The translations under genes and the position numbers were made by a program. A DNA stretch of 64,000 bases from a virus. Shown here in pieces: positions 26,486 to 35,722 of the stretch. The notes below the pieces were generated by a model. The model was not told where the DNA came from. It saw nothing but the letters and a program-made list of their open reading frames with translations, and made no database searches. Every line of letters begins with the position of its first letter. The stretch's first letter is position 1. The stretch covers positions 36,163-100,162 of the IMG/VR virus record IMGVR_UViG_2788500025_000001; one strand, written 5' to 3'.

Positions 26486-29400
26486 ATGTCCTTTCCAGGC
26501 TCCATTTACGCCCCTCCGGGCGTCTACACCCAGACTCTCTTTGAAGACCCCCTCCAGAGCATCGCGGGCAGCGTCCGCATCCCCCTGCTCATGGGTACGG
26601 GGTCCGAGATCCTGACCCAGAGCGGCCTGGAGTTGGTGCGCGGTTCGTCCTCGTCGGTTGACCAGCGCGTCGTCCAGGAAGACGAGACTGCTCGCGCTGT
26701 CGTGTCCATCACGGATGCTGGGGCTGTGACCCTGGGAGCCTTCGACGGCGTCTGGGACCGCATCCAGACGAAGCACTTCCCCATCGTGAACGGCAACGGC
26801 ACGGGCACCACGGCGACTGACTCCGCTTCGGTCAACGTCACCATCAACGGTGAGCCGGTTGTGGTCCTCGCCATTGACGGTGCGAAGGGCATCCTCACCC
26901 TGTCGAGCAGCCCCGATCTGGGCGACGAAGTGAAGGTGACCTACTACTTCAACCGCACCGACACCCTGATCACCGACACTCTCAGTGACCAGATTTCTCC
27001 CGACGCCCCCGAGATCATCGGTGCGGTCGGTGAGTCCTACGTCGTCATTGAAGGTGTCAACGACACGCTTTCCTTCACGGTGGACAGCGCGACCGTCGTG
27101 GACGTGACCATCACTCCTTCCGCCCCCGGCGGGTGGACCGCTGCACAGGTGGCCTCGTTCATCAACGCTGCGGCTGCTGGGACGAGCCTCACGGCTTCGA
27201 CCACGGTGGACAACCTCGGCAACACGGTCCTCTACATGACCGCTGACCGCGACATTGTGGTGGGCAACGGACTGGCGAACACCACCCTCGGTCTGAACCT
27301 CGGTGCCGACACGGGCCGAAACAAGACCTTCTACACCTTCCAGCGCCCCATCGTGGACGGCTCCAACGGTGGTGTGACTACCACTGACCCGGCTGACGTG
27401 ACGGTCAAGGTGGACGGCACCCAGGTGATCCCGACTGCTGTGGACGGGGCTTCCGGTGCTGTGGTCCTTCCCTTCGCGCCAGAAATCGGCGCTGTGGTCA
27501 CCTGCCAGTACTACTTCAACTCGTGGCAGGACACGTTCGACTACCTCCAGCACCGCTCCGTTGTCGAGATTACCCAGTGCGGGATCACCCCCGACCGGAA
27601 CGACTACATCGACGGCGCGGACTTCGTGCTCAAGGATGACAAGATCCTCTGGGGCACCGCAGCCACCGTCGAGGCAGGCGTCTACACCACAGGTGGGGTC
27701 TACCTCGATGACGTTCAGGTCTCCGAGACCCTGGTGGACACCCGCCAGTACCTCGCCGCCTGCTCTGCCGTGGTCAACACGAGCGTGAACCCGCCCGTCG
27801 AGAACCGCCTTGACTTCAAGTTGCCCCTCCAGCCAACCACCGGAAACGGTCGCTCCACCCCGCTGGGTGCCGAGACCTACGCCAAGGTGGCCAACGGACG
27901 GGTTGACCTTCCCACTGACCGTCCTGACCTCGTGTGGGCCTACTGGGGATACTCCCTGGAAGACGCTCTCGACCGTGGTCGCGTCGAGGTCACGAAGGTC
28001 GAATCTTCAACCAGCACCCTGACGCTGCGCGAGCCGGTTCCGGTCGGCGCAACTGTCTACGCTACCTTCTACTACAACACCCTCGTGGACCAGGCATACA
28101 GTGTTGCCTGTGACTCCGCTGGCGCAAGCGGCGTGGGCACCTACTCGGTGACCAACGAGGACGGCGTGGCACTCATGACCCCGCAGTTCGGCTCCAAGAG
28201 CGCCGCACTCGCTACGGTCACCGTCGAGTTCCCGAGCGGTTCCGAGCGCACGCCGGACTGCCGCTTTGAGGTCCCCTTCACCTCGACTTCCTTTGTCGGA
28301 CCTGTCGAGGAGGATGTGACCGTCACGTTCGCTTCCCAGGACGCAACCCTGGCGAAGTACGCGCTCCCCGGTGCTGGCCCCTACTACATGGTCCAGAACG
28401 CCAGTGACCAGTTGTCCATCAACATGCAGAACACTGGATTTCCGGGCGACATCGACCTGTCCACGGCCAGCCGTGCATGGGTTGTCGGTGACGAGGTTGT
28501 CTACAGCCCCGATGGCACCAACGAGTACGAGGACGGTGTGGCGACGACCAACAACGAGGTCGATCTGATGATCGACGGCGTGTTGATCCAGTCACGGGCC
28601 GACACGGGCGACCGTACTGCCGTCGTCGCAACGGACTTCCAGGACATCGGACGCTACGCGCAGTCCATCAACCGCGCAGCCTTCGGTGACTACGCCGATG
28701 CTGCGGGAGTCGCGCTCGCTCTGGCGGGGTCAACGGATGCGAACAACTTCCAACTGTCCGCCGAGGCTTCCAACATTGACGACTACTACGTCGGCTGGAC
28801 CGTCCGCATCACCAGTGGTGGTGAAGCAGGTAGCGAGGCCACCGTCACGTCCTACAACGGCACCACCAACGCGGTGGTCGTCGGTGCGGGGCTCGGTGGT
28901 GATCCTGGTTTGGCCGACTACGTCCTCTACAACCCGGACACGCTTCCGGTGTTGAAGGCGTCCACGCGCTTCCTGTCCACGACGACCATCGCAGCGGGCG
29001 AGTTCGACATCATCAACTTCCGAATCGTTGGTTCGGCTGTCAGCCTGGGCACTCTGACCACGCTGACCGGCGACCTCACGGGTGGTTCGCCCTACACTTC
29101 GGCTACCGATCTGGCTGCGGCTGTGCAGACCGCGATGCAGAACGCTATCGATCTGGTTGCGGGTGCAGTGCCTCAGCAGGTGCTCGTCACGGCGGACTCC
29201 GATGGGCGGCTCACCTTCAAGTTGGTCCCCGATGGGACTGACCTCACGGGTGCCTACCTGGAGTTCGTCGCCGATGCAGCCCCCGCCCAGGACTTCTGTG
29301 TCCTCGCCGGTCTGGACACCGACACGGCTGGCGGCACCCAGACTCAACTTCACAACAGTGCCATCGCCAGCACCTTTGAGTTCGCGGGTGCTACCACCAC

Positions 29401-31651
29401 CCTGCGCCTCAACGACCGCCTGTTCCTCCAGAACCGCATCCAGCCTGGTGCGGGAACGGCCAACATGGACACCCAGTTTGTGCTCGACCAGTGCCAGTTG
29501 AAGGTGATGGGAGGTACGGGCCTCGCCCAGGCCGCCCTGACCGCCAACGAGCAGGGTCAGGCTGCCATCCGGGCCACCATCATGCCCCCCACCGCCTACG
29601 GTGAGGTCGGCTTCGCGGATGGTCAGGACGCTGCTGGACAGCCTGTCGTGACCTTCTTCGCGGCTGGCGGCACCACCGACCAGAACAACGTCTTCCAGAT
29701 GACCTACGAAGGCACTCCGGTCACTGTCGAGTTCGTCCAGGCGGACGGCGTGACCCCGATTGCTGCTGGCGGTTCGGCAGATGTTCCGCTGGGACCGTTG
29801 ACCGACGCAGGGAGTATCCTGGGTCAGATCAACGCAGCCATGGCCACCGCTGGGGTCACGGGGATTTCTCAGGAGGGTGCGGGCATTCGCTTCCGTGGTT
29901 CCTCCTCGGCATCCTCGGCCAGCATCGTCATTGGCAGCGCCAGCGCCAACACCGACCTGGGCTTCGACGACGGCGACATCGTGTACCGCACGGCTGTCCC
30001 TGTGGAGTCCCTGGTCAGTGTCCTCAACTCCAGCGACCTTTGGGACGACGGTGCTGGACGCGGCTTCGCCAAGACCGTCCGGGACGACACCAACGCCGCC
30101 TTCCTGTTCCTTCAGGACACGGGTACGGCAGGTGCCGGTACGACCTCCTCCATCGCCATCGAGGATGCAGCAACGGACAACGCGCTGCGCCCCGGCAGCG
30201 GTCTGGGGGCTACGGACGGTGACGGCAACGTGGGTGAAGCAGCCATCGACGGCTACTACGTTACCTCGTCTGACCCTGTGTCCGGCTCTGGTACTGCCAA
30301 CACCTCCATCCTCAACTCGGGAACGGGTCAGGACGGAAACGTCGGTGAGACCTACCGTGACCTGGTGACCGGATTGACCTTCACCATCCTGCCTCGTGCG
30401 GGCGGTGCGGCCTACCCGGCTACCGCGACCCTGACCTTCACGGTTCGGGCGAGCGTCACGACGGATGCCAACCTCCCGGTCAATACCATCCCTGGTATTG
30501 AACTCTATGTCTCCAACACTTCTGGGGTCGTCGTTGGCGACACCGCTGTGGTGCAGACCTACGAGAAGGGTGGCAACCAGCCTTCCGTGGGCGACATCTA
30601 CTATGTCTCCTACGACTACCAGAAGCAGGACTACTCCACGGCGCTGTTCACGAAGCAGTCTGCTGTCGAGGCGACCTACGGCGCAGCCAGCCCCAACAAC
30701 CCGGTCTCGCTGGGCGGTTACCTGGCCATCCTCAATGGTGCGGTGCTCATCGCCATCAAGCAGGTGAAGAAGGACACTGACACCGACGCTGACGGTGCGA
30801 AGGACACGGCGTCCACGGATGCCTACCTCGCTGCCATCGACGAGGTGGAAGGCACCCTTCCAGGAGGTTCCTACCCGGACATGATCATTCCGCTGAAGGG
30901 TGATTCCCTGGAGTTGTTCCAGTACCTTGCACGGTCCTGCGACATCCAGTCGAGCATCCGCTACCGCGCCGAGCGCACTGCCATCTGTGGACTCTCCGCA
31001 GGTACGCAGCCGCGTGAAGCCGGTGAGACGGCGGAAGCCATCGCCCGGACCCGGATGCGCCTCGTGTACCCGGACATCTGCACCCTGAGCCTGTCACGGG
31101 CTGACGGGTCCACGGACTCCTACCTGCTCGACGGCACCTACATCGCCGCCGCGTGGTCCGGGAACCGTGCCTCGCCGACCATCGACGTGGCGACCCCGTG
31201 GACGCGGGGCCGTATCTTCGGGTTCGATGAGATCGCTCGGAAGTTGGATGCAGTCCAGGAGAACCAGGTCGCTACTCGTGGGGTCACGGTGTTCAGCCAG
31301 CGCCAGTCCATCATCGAGTGCCGCCAGGGTCTGTCCACCGACATGACCAACGTGCTGACCAAGACCCCGACCGTGATCACCATCGCGGACGAGGTCCAGC
31401 GCCAGGCTCGTGCCACCCTGGACAAGTTCATCGGGATCAAGTTCCTGTCGAACGTCACCACGACCATTGAGGGTCAGTTGTCCAAGACCCTCAAGCAGTT
31501 GGTCGCGGCTCAGATCATCAACGCCTTCACGGGCGTCACCGCCAACGTGTCGCCTGATGATCCGACCGCAGCCGAAGTGGAGGCGTACTACCAGCCCGTC
31601 TTCCCGCTGCTCTACATCGTCGTGACGTTCAACCTGCGTTCCAGTCTGTAG
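26486..31651 (+). CDS. Contractile tail sheath protein, very large (1721 aa)
   Basis: N-terminal PPGVYTQT; C-terminal IADEVQRQARATLDKFIG..YQPVFPLLYIVVTFNL sheath signature. Confidence 0.85.
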   Translation: MSFPGSIYAPPGVYTQTLFEDPLQSIAGSVRIPLLMGTGSEILTQSGLELVRGSSSSVDQRVVQEDETARAVVSITDAGAVTLGAFDGVWDRIQTKHFPIVNGNGTGTTATDSASVNVTINGEPVVVLAIDGAKGILTLSSSPDLGDEVKVTYYFNRTDTLITDTLSDQISPDAPEIIGAVGESYVVIEGVNDTLSFTVDSATVVDVTITPSAPGGWTAAQVASFINAAAAGTSLTASTTVDNLGNTVLYMTADRDIVVGNGLANTTLGLNLGADTGRNKTFYTFQRPIVDGSNGGVTTTDPADVTVKVDGTQVIPTAVDGASGAVVLPFAPEIGAVVTCQYYFNSWQDTFDYLQHRSVVEITQCGITPDRNDYIDGADFVLKDDKILWGTAATVEAGVYTTGGVYLDDVQVSETLVDTRQYLAACSAVVNTSVNPPVENRLDFKLPLQPTTGNGRSTPLGAETYAKVANGRVDLPTDRPDLVWAYWGYSLEDALDRGRVEVTKVESSTSTLTLREPVPVGATVYATFYYNTLVDQAYSVACDSAGASGVGTYSVTNEDGVALMTPQFGSKSAALATVTVEFPSGSERTPDCRFEVPFTSTSFVGPVEEDVTVTFASQDATLAKYALPGAGPYYMVQNASDQLSINMQNTGFPGDIDLSTASRAWVVGDEVVYSPDGTNEYEDGVATTNNEVDLMIDGVLIQSRADTGDRTAVVATDFQDIGRYAQSINRAAFGDYADAAGVALALAGSTDANNFQLSAEASNIDDYYVGWTVRITSGGEAGSEATVTSYNGTTNAVVVGAGLGGDPGLADYVLYNPDTLPVLKASTRFLSTTTIAAGEFDIINFRIVGSAVSLGTLTTLTGDLTGGSPYTSATDLAAAVQTAMQNAIDLVAGAVPQQVLVTADSDGRLTFKLVPDGTDLTGAYLEFVADAAPAQDFCVLAGLDTDTAGGTQTQLHNSAIASTFEFAGATTTLRLNDRLFLQNRIQPGAGTANMDTQFVLDQCQLKVMGGTGLAQAALTANEQGQAAIRATIMPPTAYGEVGFADGQDAAGQPVVTFFAAGGTTDQNNVFQMTYEGTPVTVEFVQADGVTPIAAGGSADVPLGPLTDAGSILGQINAAMATAGVTGISQEGAGIRFRGSSSASSASIVIGSASANTDLGFDDGDIVYRTAVPVESLVSVLNSSDLWDDGAGRGFAKTVRDDTNAAFLFLQDTGTAGAGTTSSIAIEDAATDNALRPGSGLGATDGDGNVGEAAIDGYYVTSSDPVSGSGTANTSILNSGTGQDGNVGETYRDLVTGLTFTILPRAGGAAYPATATLTFTVRASVTTDANLPVNTIPGIELYVSNTSGVVVGDTAVVQTYEKGGNQPSVGDIYYVSYDYQKQDYSTALFTKQSAVEATYGAASPNNPVSLGGYLAILNGAVLIAIKQVKKDTDTDADGAKDTASTDAYLAAIDEVEGTLPGGSYPDMIIPLKGDSLELFQYLARSCDIQSSIRYRAERTAICGLSAGTQPREAGETAEAIARTRMRLVYPDICTLSLSRADGSTDSYLLDGTYIAAAWSGNRASPTIDVATPWTRGRIFGFDEIARKLDAVQENQVATRGVTVFSQRQSIIECRQGLSTDMTNVLTKTPTVITIADEVQRQARATLDKFIGIKFLSNVTTTIEGQLSKTLKQLVAAQIINAFTGVTANVSPDDPTAAEVEAYYQPVFPLLYIVVTFNLRSSL

Positions 31652-31674
31652 CCCTCAGCGGCACACAGCAGGTA

Positions 31675-31715
31675 GAAGCCCCCAGTCCGAAGCCCTCGGC
31701 TGGGGGCTTCGTTCG
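31675..31715 (+). terminator. Intrinsic terminator-like hairpin
   Basis: GAAGCCCCCAG / CTGGGGGCTTC stem after the sheath gene; weak T tail. Confidence 0.7.
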
Positions 31716-31716
31716 T

Positions 31717-31731
31717 CGGTAGGTAACCTAT
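31717..31731 (+). promoter_or_regulatory. Late motif CGGTAG-N5-CTAT
   Basis: Exact match, directly after the terminator. Confidence 0.85.
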
Positions 31732-31768
31732 GGACTCACCACAGTATCATCGTAGGAGTGGTCCCATC

Positions 31769-32278
31769 ATGCCCCGCACCATCACCGCAGCCGACCGTAG
31801 TGCCCTGATTCGCCTTGCCTCCACCATGGAGAAGGGCTCCCCTGAGCGGAAGGCCATCCTCGCCGGACTGTCGAAGCAAGCCGAAGCCCCCATGCCAGAC
31901 GACGTGGGCGCGGAGGTTTGGCAGCAGTTCAGCGGGAAAGTAAACAAGTCGGTGGCCTTGCTGGAAAGGGCAGGAGCACGGCTGGTCAAGTACAACCCCC
32001 GCCGAGGGCCGTTTGACTACGCACACTTTACTGCGGGGCCGTACAAGTTTGCGCTTTCCGCAGAGGACTTAGCGAATGACTCTGCGGTGGCTTCGGCCAC
32101 CCGCCAGTGGCGCAAGATCATGGAGGTTGCTGATTCCTTCGACAATGTTTCCGATCCCTTCCACGACTCTATTTACTCCAAACTCAAGAACGCCATGGGC
32201 AGTAGCAAGGGGCGTTCCATCGCTTACCACATCGTCGCGGATGCGATCAAAAGCACCGGGAAAAAGGTGTGGTCGTGA
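31769..32278 (+). CDS. Leader-B small protein
   Basis: ITAADRSALIRLASTMEKGSPERKAILAGLSKQA. Confidence 0.75.
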   Translation: MPRTITAADRSALIRLASTMEKGSPERKAILAGLSKQAEAPMPDDVGAEVWQQFSGKVNKSVALLERAGARLVKYNPRRGPFDYAHFTAGPYKFALSAEDLANDSAVASATRQWRKIMEVADSFDNVSDPFHDSIYSKLKNAMGSSKGRSIAYHIVADAIKSTGKKVWS

Positions 32279-32511
32279 GCAAACTACGCAATATCCTCGC
32301 CTCCGAGGGCCTTGTCGCCGGACTGGAGAAGTCGGCCAGGGTCACCACGAAGAAGGTGACCTTCCAACACCACCGTGGCCGGGAGACTGTGACCATTTCG
32401 GGGGACGCCAAAGCCGTAGGTCTTGCAGAAACGTACCTGAAGAACTCCTGGCAGAACGCCATGGCGGCTGAGGAGTGCCAGTTGGAACTCTGGAAGTGCC
32501 AGGACGAGTGA
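32275..32511 (+). CDS. Leader-A small protein
   Basis: KLRNILASEGLVAGLEKSA; GTGA overlap. Confidence 0.7.
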   Translation: MSKLRNILASEGLVAGLEKSARVTTKKVTFQHHRGRETVTISGDAKAVGLAETYLKNSWQNAMAAEECQLELWKCQDE

Positions 32512-32522
32512 CGTTGGTGGCA

Positions 32523-32537
32523 CGGTAGCCTCTCTAT
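32523..32537 (+). promoter_or_regulatory. Late motif CGGTAG-N5-CTAT
   Basis: Exact match. Confidence 0.85.
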
Positions 32538-32562
32538 GGACTCCCTGTGAGCAGGAGAGCCC

Positions 32563-34242
32563 ATGTCTCGCAAGACCGCCAAAGCAGATGTGATCCCGGT
32601 TCGACAGCAGAACCAGTACAACTGCATGACTACCTCACTGGCCATGGCGCTTCGCGCCCTCGGCGTGCCGGACGAGGAGTGTGCGGTGCAACGGGTGAAC
32701 AAGGTCGTGGGTGCGATGCCTCTCCGTGGTGCTGCCTGGGAGCCGTTGCTCGCAGCAGCAAACCACTACGGGATGAGGGCTACCCTGACCCTGCCTTCCA
32801 CAGTGCGGCAGTTGAAGCAGTGGACCGATGCAGGCACCCCTGTCGTCATCGCATGGAACCCGGAGAACCGGGAGTGGTCCCATGCCTCACTGGTGTTCGA
32901 TGTGGACGACGACCTGAATGTCTACGTCGCTGACCCCAACATCCCGGACCCCGACGAGACTGTGCGAGTGGTTCCGAAGGCTGAGTTTTACGGCAAGTGG
33001 TACGAGAAGTCCCCCCAGGGGTTCCTGATCCGACGCCCGGCCTGTGCCATCCAGCGGGAGATCACCGCTGACGGGAGACAGGTCATGGCATCATCAAACA
33101 AACGCCCCAACCCGCCCATAGAGTTCCTGGACGGCGGCGATGACCTCATGGTCATGGTGGCCGCAGAGCCGGTTGAGGAGGACGTCAAGGACCGCGACCT
33201 CCCAGAGCCCCCCGACGAGGAGATGCTGGCTGACGGTATTCCCCACCTGGTGGACGCCTACTACAGGGATATGGAGTTGTGGGAGAAGTGGCAGCGCCAG
33301 GGATGGTGGCCGCGACCTGTCAAGGTGTGGAAGTGGAAGGTTGTCGTCCTCCACCGCCCTACGAACAAGCACTTTGAGAGCGATCCCTTCGACACGAAAA
33401 GGGAGGCCACTCGCATGGCCATGGCGGCTATCCCCAAAGTGTTGGCCCACCGCCGCCCGCGATGGCTGAAGCCTGCCAACCCCAACGAATACAAGGGCCA
33501 CCGGAGAACGGCATCTGCCAAGCGTGTGGCTTCTCGGAAGACCGCCCAGTGGAAGCCCCTGTTCGACGGAAAGGGCAAGAAGTACATCACCGATGATCTC
33601 CGGGTCTATGTGTCCCCAGAGGACGTTTGGGAAACCGTGAGGGACCGTGACGTCCCCGACCTCTACGAGGTTGCTGACCCAGAGATGCTGGCTGACGGTA
33701 TTCCCGAGTTGATGGATGCCTACGAGAACGCCGAACGCGACCACGCGAAGTGGGTCCGTCAAGGCTGGTGGCCGCGACCGGAGAAGGTCCAGAAGTGGCG
33801 GATCTACGTCACGCACCGTCCCACGAAGAAGAACTTTGAGAGCAAAGGGCTCTACGACTCCGAGCGCGAAGCCCTCCGCATGGCGGACATCGCCATCCCC
33901 AAGATTCAAGCACGTCGGCGTCCGCGCTGGCTCGTACCAGACTCCGACAATGAGGCGGCTACCATGAGATCAGCGAAGAAAACCAAACGCAAGGACCGCA
34001 CTACCGAGATCCGCGAGAAGAAGGACAAGAGCAAGGTCAAGGTCAAGTTCACCCCCGGTGGAGGTCGCAACCCTCACGCCGAGGACGCCTTGAGCCGTAA
34101 GCCGACTCGCGGCCACAAACGCAAGGAGCGTGCTCGCGCTGTCGGCAAGGGTCACAGTCGGAAGCAGAAGCACAAGGGGCAACGCGCCTACGCTTCTGCT
34201 GCTCGCGTGGCGACTATGTTCATGCTCAAGGACAAGGAGTAG
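32563..34242 (+). CDS. C39-like cysteine peptidase plus duplicated ~90-aa domain plus basic tail
   Basis: RQQNQYNC, SHASLV, VADP papain-like triad; EMLADGIP..RQGWWPRP x2. Confidence 0.8.
   Translation: MSRKTAKADVIPVRQQNQYNCMTTSLAMALRALGVPDEECAVQRVNKVVGAMPLRGAAWEPLLAAANHYGMRATLTLPSTVRQLKQWTDAGTPVVIAWNPENREWSHASLVFDVDDDLNVYVADPNIPDPDETVRVVPKAEFYGKWYEKSPQGFLIRRPACAIQREITADGRQVMASSNKRPNPPIEFLDGGDDLMVMVAAEPVEEDVKDRDLPEPPDEEMLADGIPHLVDAYYRDMELWEKWQRQGWWPRPVKVWKWKVVVLHRPTNKHFESDPFDTKREATRMAMAAIPKVLAHRRPRWLKPANPNEYKGHRRTASAKRVASRKTAQWKPLFDGKGKKYITDDLRVYVSPEDVWETVRDRDVPDLYEVADPEMLADGIPELMDAYENAERDHAKWVRQGWWPRPEKVQKWRIYVTHRPTKKNFESKGLYDSEREALRMADIAIPKIQARRRPRWLVPDSDNEAATMRSAKKTKRKDRTTEIREKKDKSKVKVKFTPGGGRNPHAEDALSRKPTRGHKRKERARAVGKGHSRKQKHKGQRAYASAARVATMFMLKDKE
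33220..33930 (+). repeat. Internal domain duplication
   Basis: Identical 24-mer GAGATGCTGGCTGACGGTATTCCC at 33220 and 33682; protein similarity continues to RRPRWL. Confidence 0.85.
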
Positions 34243-34245
34243 CCC

Positions 34246-34833
34246 ATGGCCAAAGTCATCTCAGCACAGCGCCCGTTCACGATGCTGTTGGGCACCTTGC
34301 GTCAAGGGAGTGATCCCAGCCTCGGACCCGCAGGGAACCCCGAGGTGACTCGTGCAACAGCCACCGTCCAGTACATGCCCGAAGTGGCTGTCAAGAATGG
34401 ACCTGACGCTGTCTCGCTCAACAACGATACTCGCGGCCTGACCACCTACCGGGGGAACCTCCTGGAGCCTTCGGGCCTGGGTCCTCAGAACGCTACTGGC
34501 ACGGTCACTGTAGGGTCGGCCATCTTCTCCGGGCCTACCAGCCTGATTCTGGGTCAGTACACGCTGACTACGGACCTCGACTTCGTCGTGGACCCGCTCA
34601 GTATCCCCAACACCACCGCAGCCCTCACGGCTGCCCTCGACGCGCTGCCTGGGTATTCAGCGGTGGATGACGGGGTGAGCGAGATCACCATCACCGGCCC
34701 TGTGGGTCTGATGGGTAATGTAGTTGAGTTCCGGGTCGGCGGCGTGACCCCCAACAACTTCACGTTGGATCCGGCTGATGGATCACTCGACGGTGCCGAG
34801 CCGACGATTGGACCCTGGACCTTCACCTCGTAG
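34246..34833 (+). CDS. Putative structural protein
   Basis: Gly/Thr/Val-rich beta composition; AAGGAG RBS. Confidence 0.6.
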   Translation: MAKVISAQRPFTMLLGTLRQGSDPSLGPAGNPEVTRATATVQYMPEVAVKNGPDAVSLNNDTRGLTTYRGNLLEPSGLGPQNATGTVTVGSAIFSGPTSLILGQYTLTTDLDFVVDPLSIPNTTAALTAALDALPGYSAVDDGVSEITITGPVGLMGNVVEFRVGGVTPNNFTLDPADGSLDGAEPTIGPWTFTS

Positions 34834-34841
34834 GAGAGAAC

Positions 34842-35531
34842 ATGTCCGCACCGAAGCGTCAGTCGAAGGAGGACCGGGAGTACATCCTCGCCAACCTTCC
34901 AGGCGGGGTGAGGCGTGTACAGGTCATTGAGCCCAGCGGAAAGCAGACGTACAAGCGCCCGGACGACGTGGACGTGGTCCGGGATCAGATCATGCTTGCC
35001 CGCGACGGCACCCCCATCTGCATGAGGGGCAAGCCTGGCCGCAAGGCGAAGGCTCAGTTGAACGCTGTGACCCCCCAGATCGCAGAAGTCGAACAGGCTC
35101 GTCAGGACCACATCAGTCAGGACTCTCTACGCAACGCTGCAAGGCAGGACGCCGAAAGCGATTCGGTGCTCAACGGCATCATCGCTGCGATGGCGGACGA
35201 AGCCGCTGCCATCGAGTTTGAGCGGTCTGAGGCCGCACGGCACGGGCAAGACACCACCAACCATTCCTCCAAGAGGGCACGGGTCCTCAAAGGCATGGCC
35301 GATACCTGGCTCAAGCGGAAGCAGCAGTTGGACGGTGGGATCATCGACCTTGACTCCCCAGCGTTCGCCGCCTTGTTCAGCATGATCCTGGAGACCTTCA
35401 AGGGAGCGATGGCCGACGCCGGTACTCGCCCGGAGCACATCGAGACCATCTTCGCCAAACTGGTGAAGGAACTCGACGAGGAATCGTGGCGTGAGGAGGC
35501 GAAGGCCCGCATGAAGGAAAAGGTGCGCTGA
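34842..35531 (+). CDS. Hypothetical protein, terminase small subunit candidate
   Basis: Helical; two genes upstream of TerL; positional inference only. Confidence 0.45.
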   Translation: MSAPKRQSKEDREYILANLPGGVRRVQVIEPSGKQTYKRPDDVDVVRDQIMLARDGTPICMRGKPGRKAKAQLNAVTPQIAEVEQARQDHISQDSLRNAARQDAESDSVLNGIIAAMADEAAAIEFERSEAARHGQDTTNHSSKRARVLKGMADTWLKRKQQLDGGIIDLDSPAFAALFSMILETFKGAMADAGTRPEHIETIFAKLVKELDEESWREEAKARMKEKVR

Positions 35532-35719
35532 TGCCTACGAACGTGGTCAAGACCCCCGAAGACGAACGCCTGTGGCAGAAAGCCAAGACCCGAGCGAAGG
35601 AGCAGGGTAAGGCCGACAACTACGGCTACATCATGGGCATCTACAAGCAGATGAACCCAGACCGCTTCAAGAAGTCTGCTCGACGGGTCGCGCAGCGGTA
35701 CGCCGCCAAGGCTGGGTGA
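35531..35719 (+). CDS. 62-aa protein (WQKAK..YGYIMGIYKQM; RRVAQRY)
   Basis: Stop/start overlap; RVA motif. Confidence 0.7.
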   Translation: MPTNVVKTPEDERLWQKAKTRAKEQGKADNYGYIMGIYKQMNPDRFKKSARRVAQRYAAKAG

Positions 35720-35722
35720 CCA

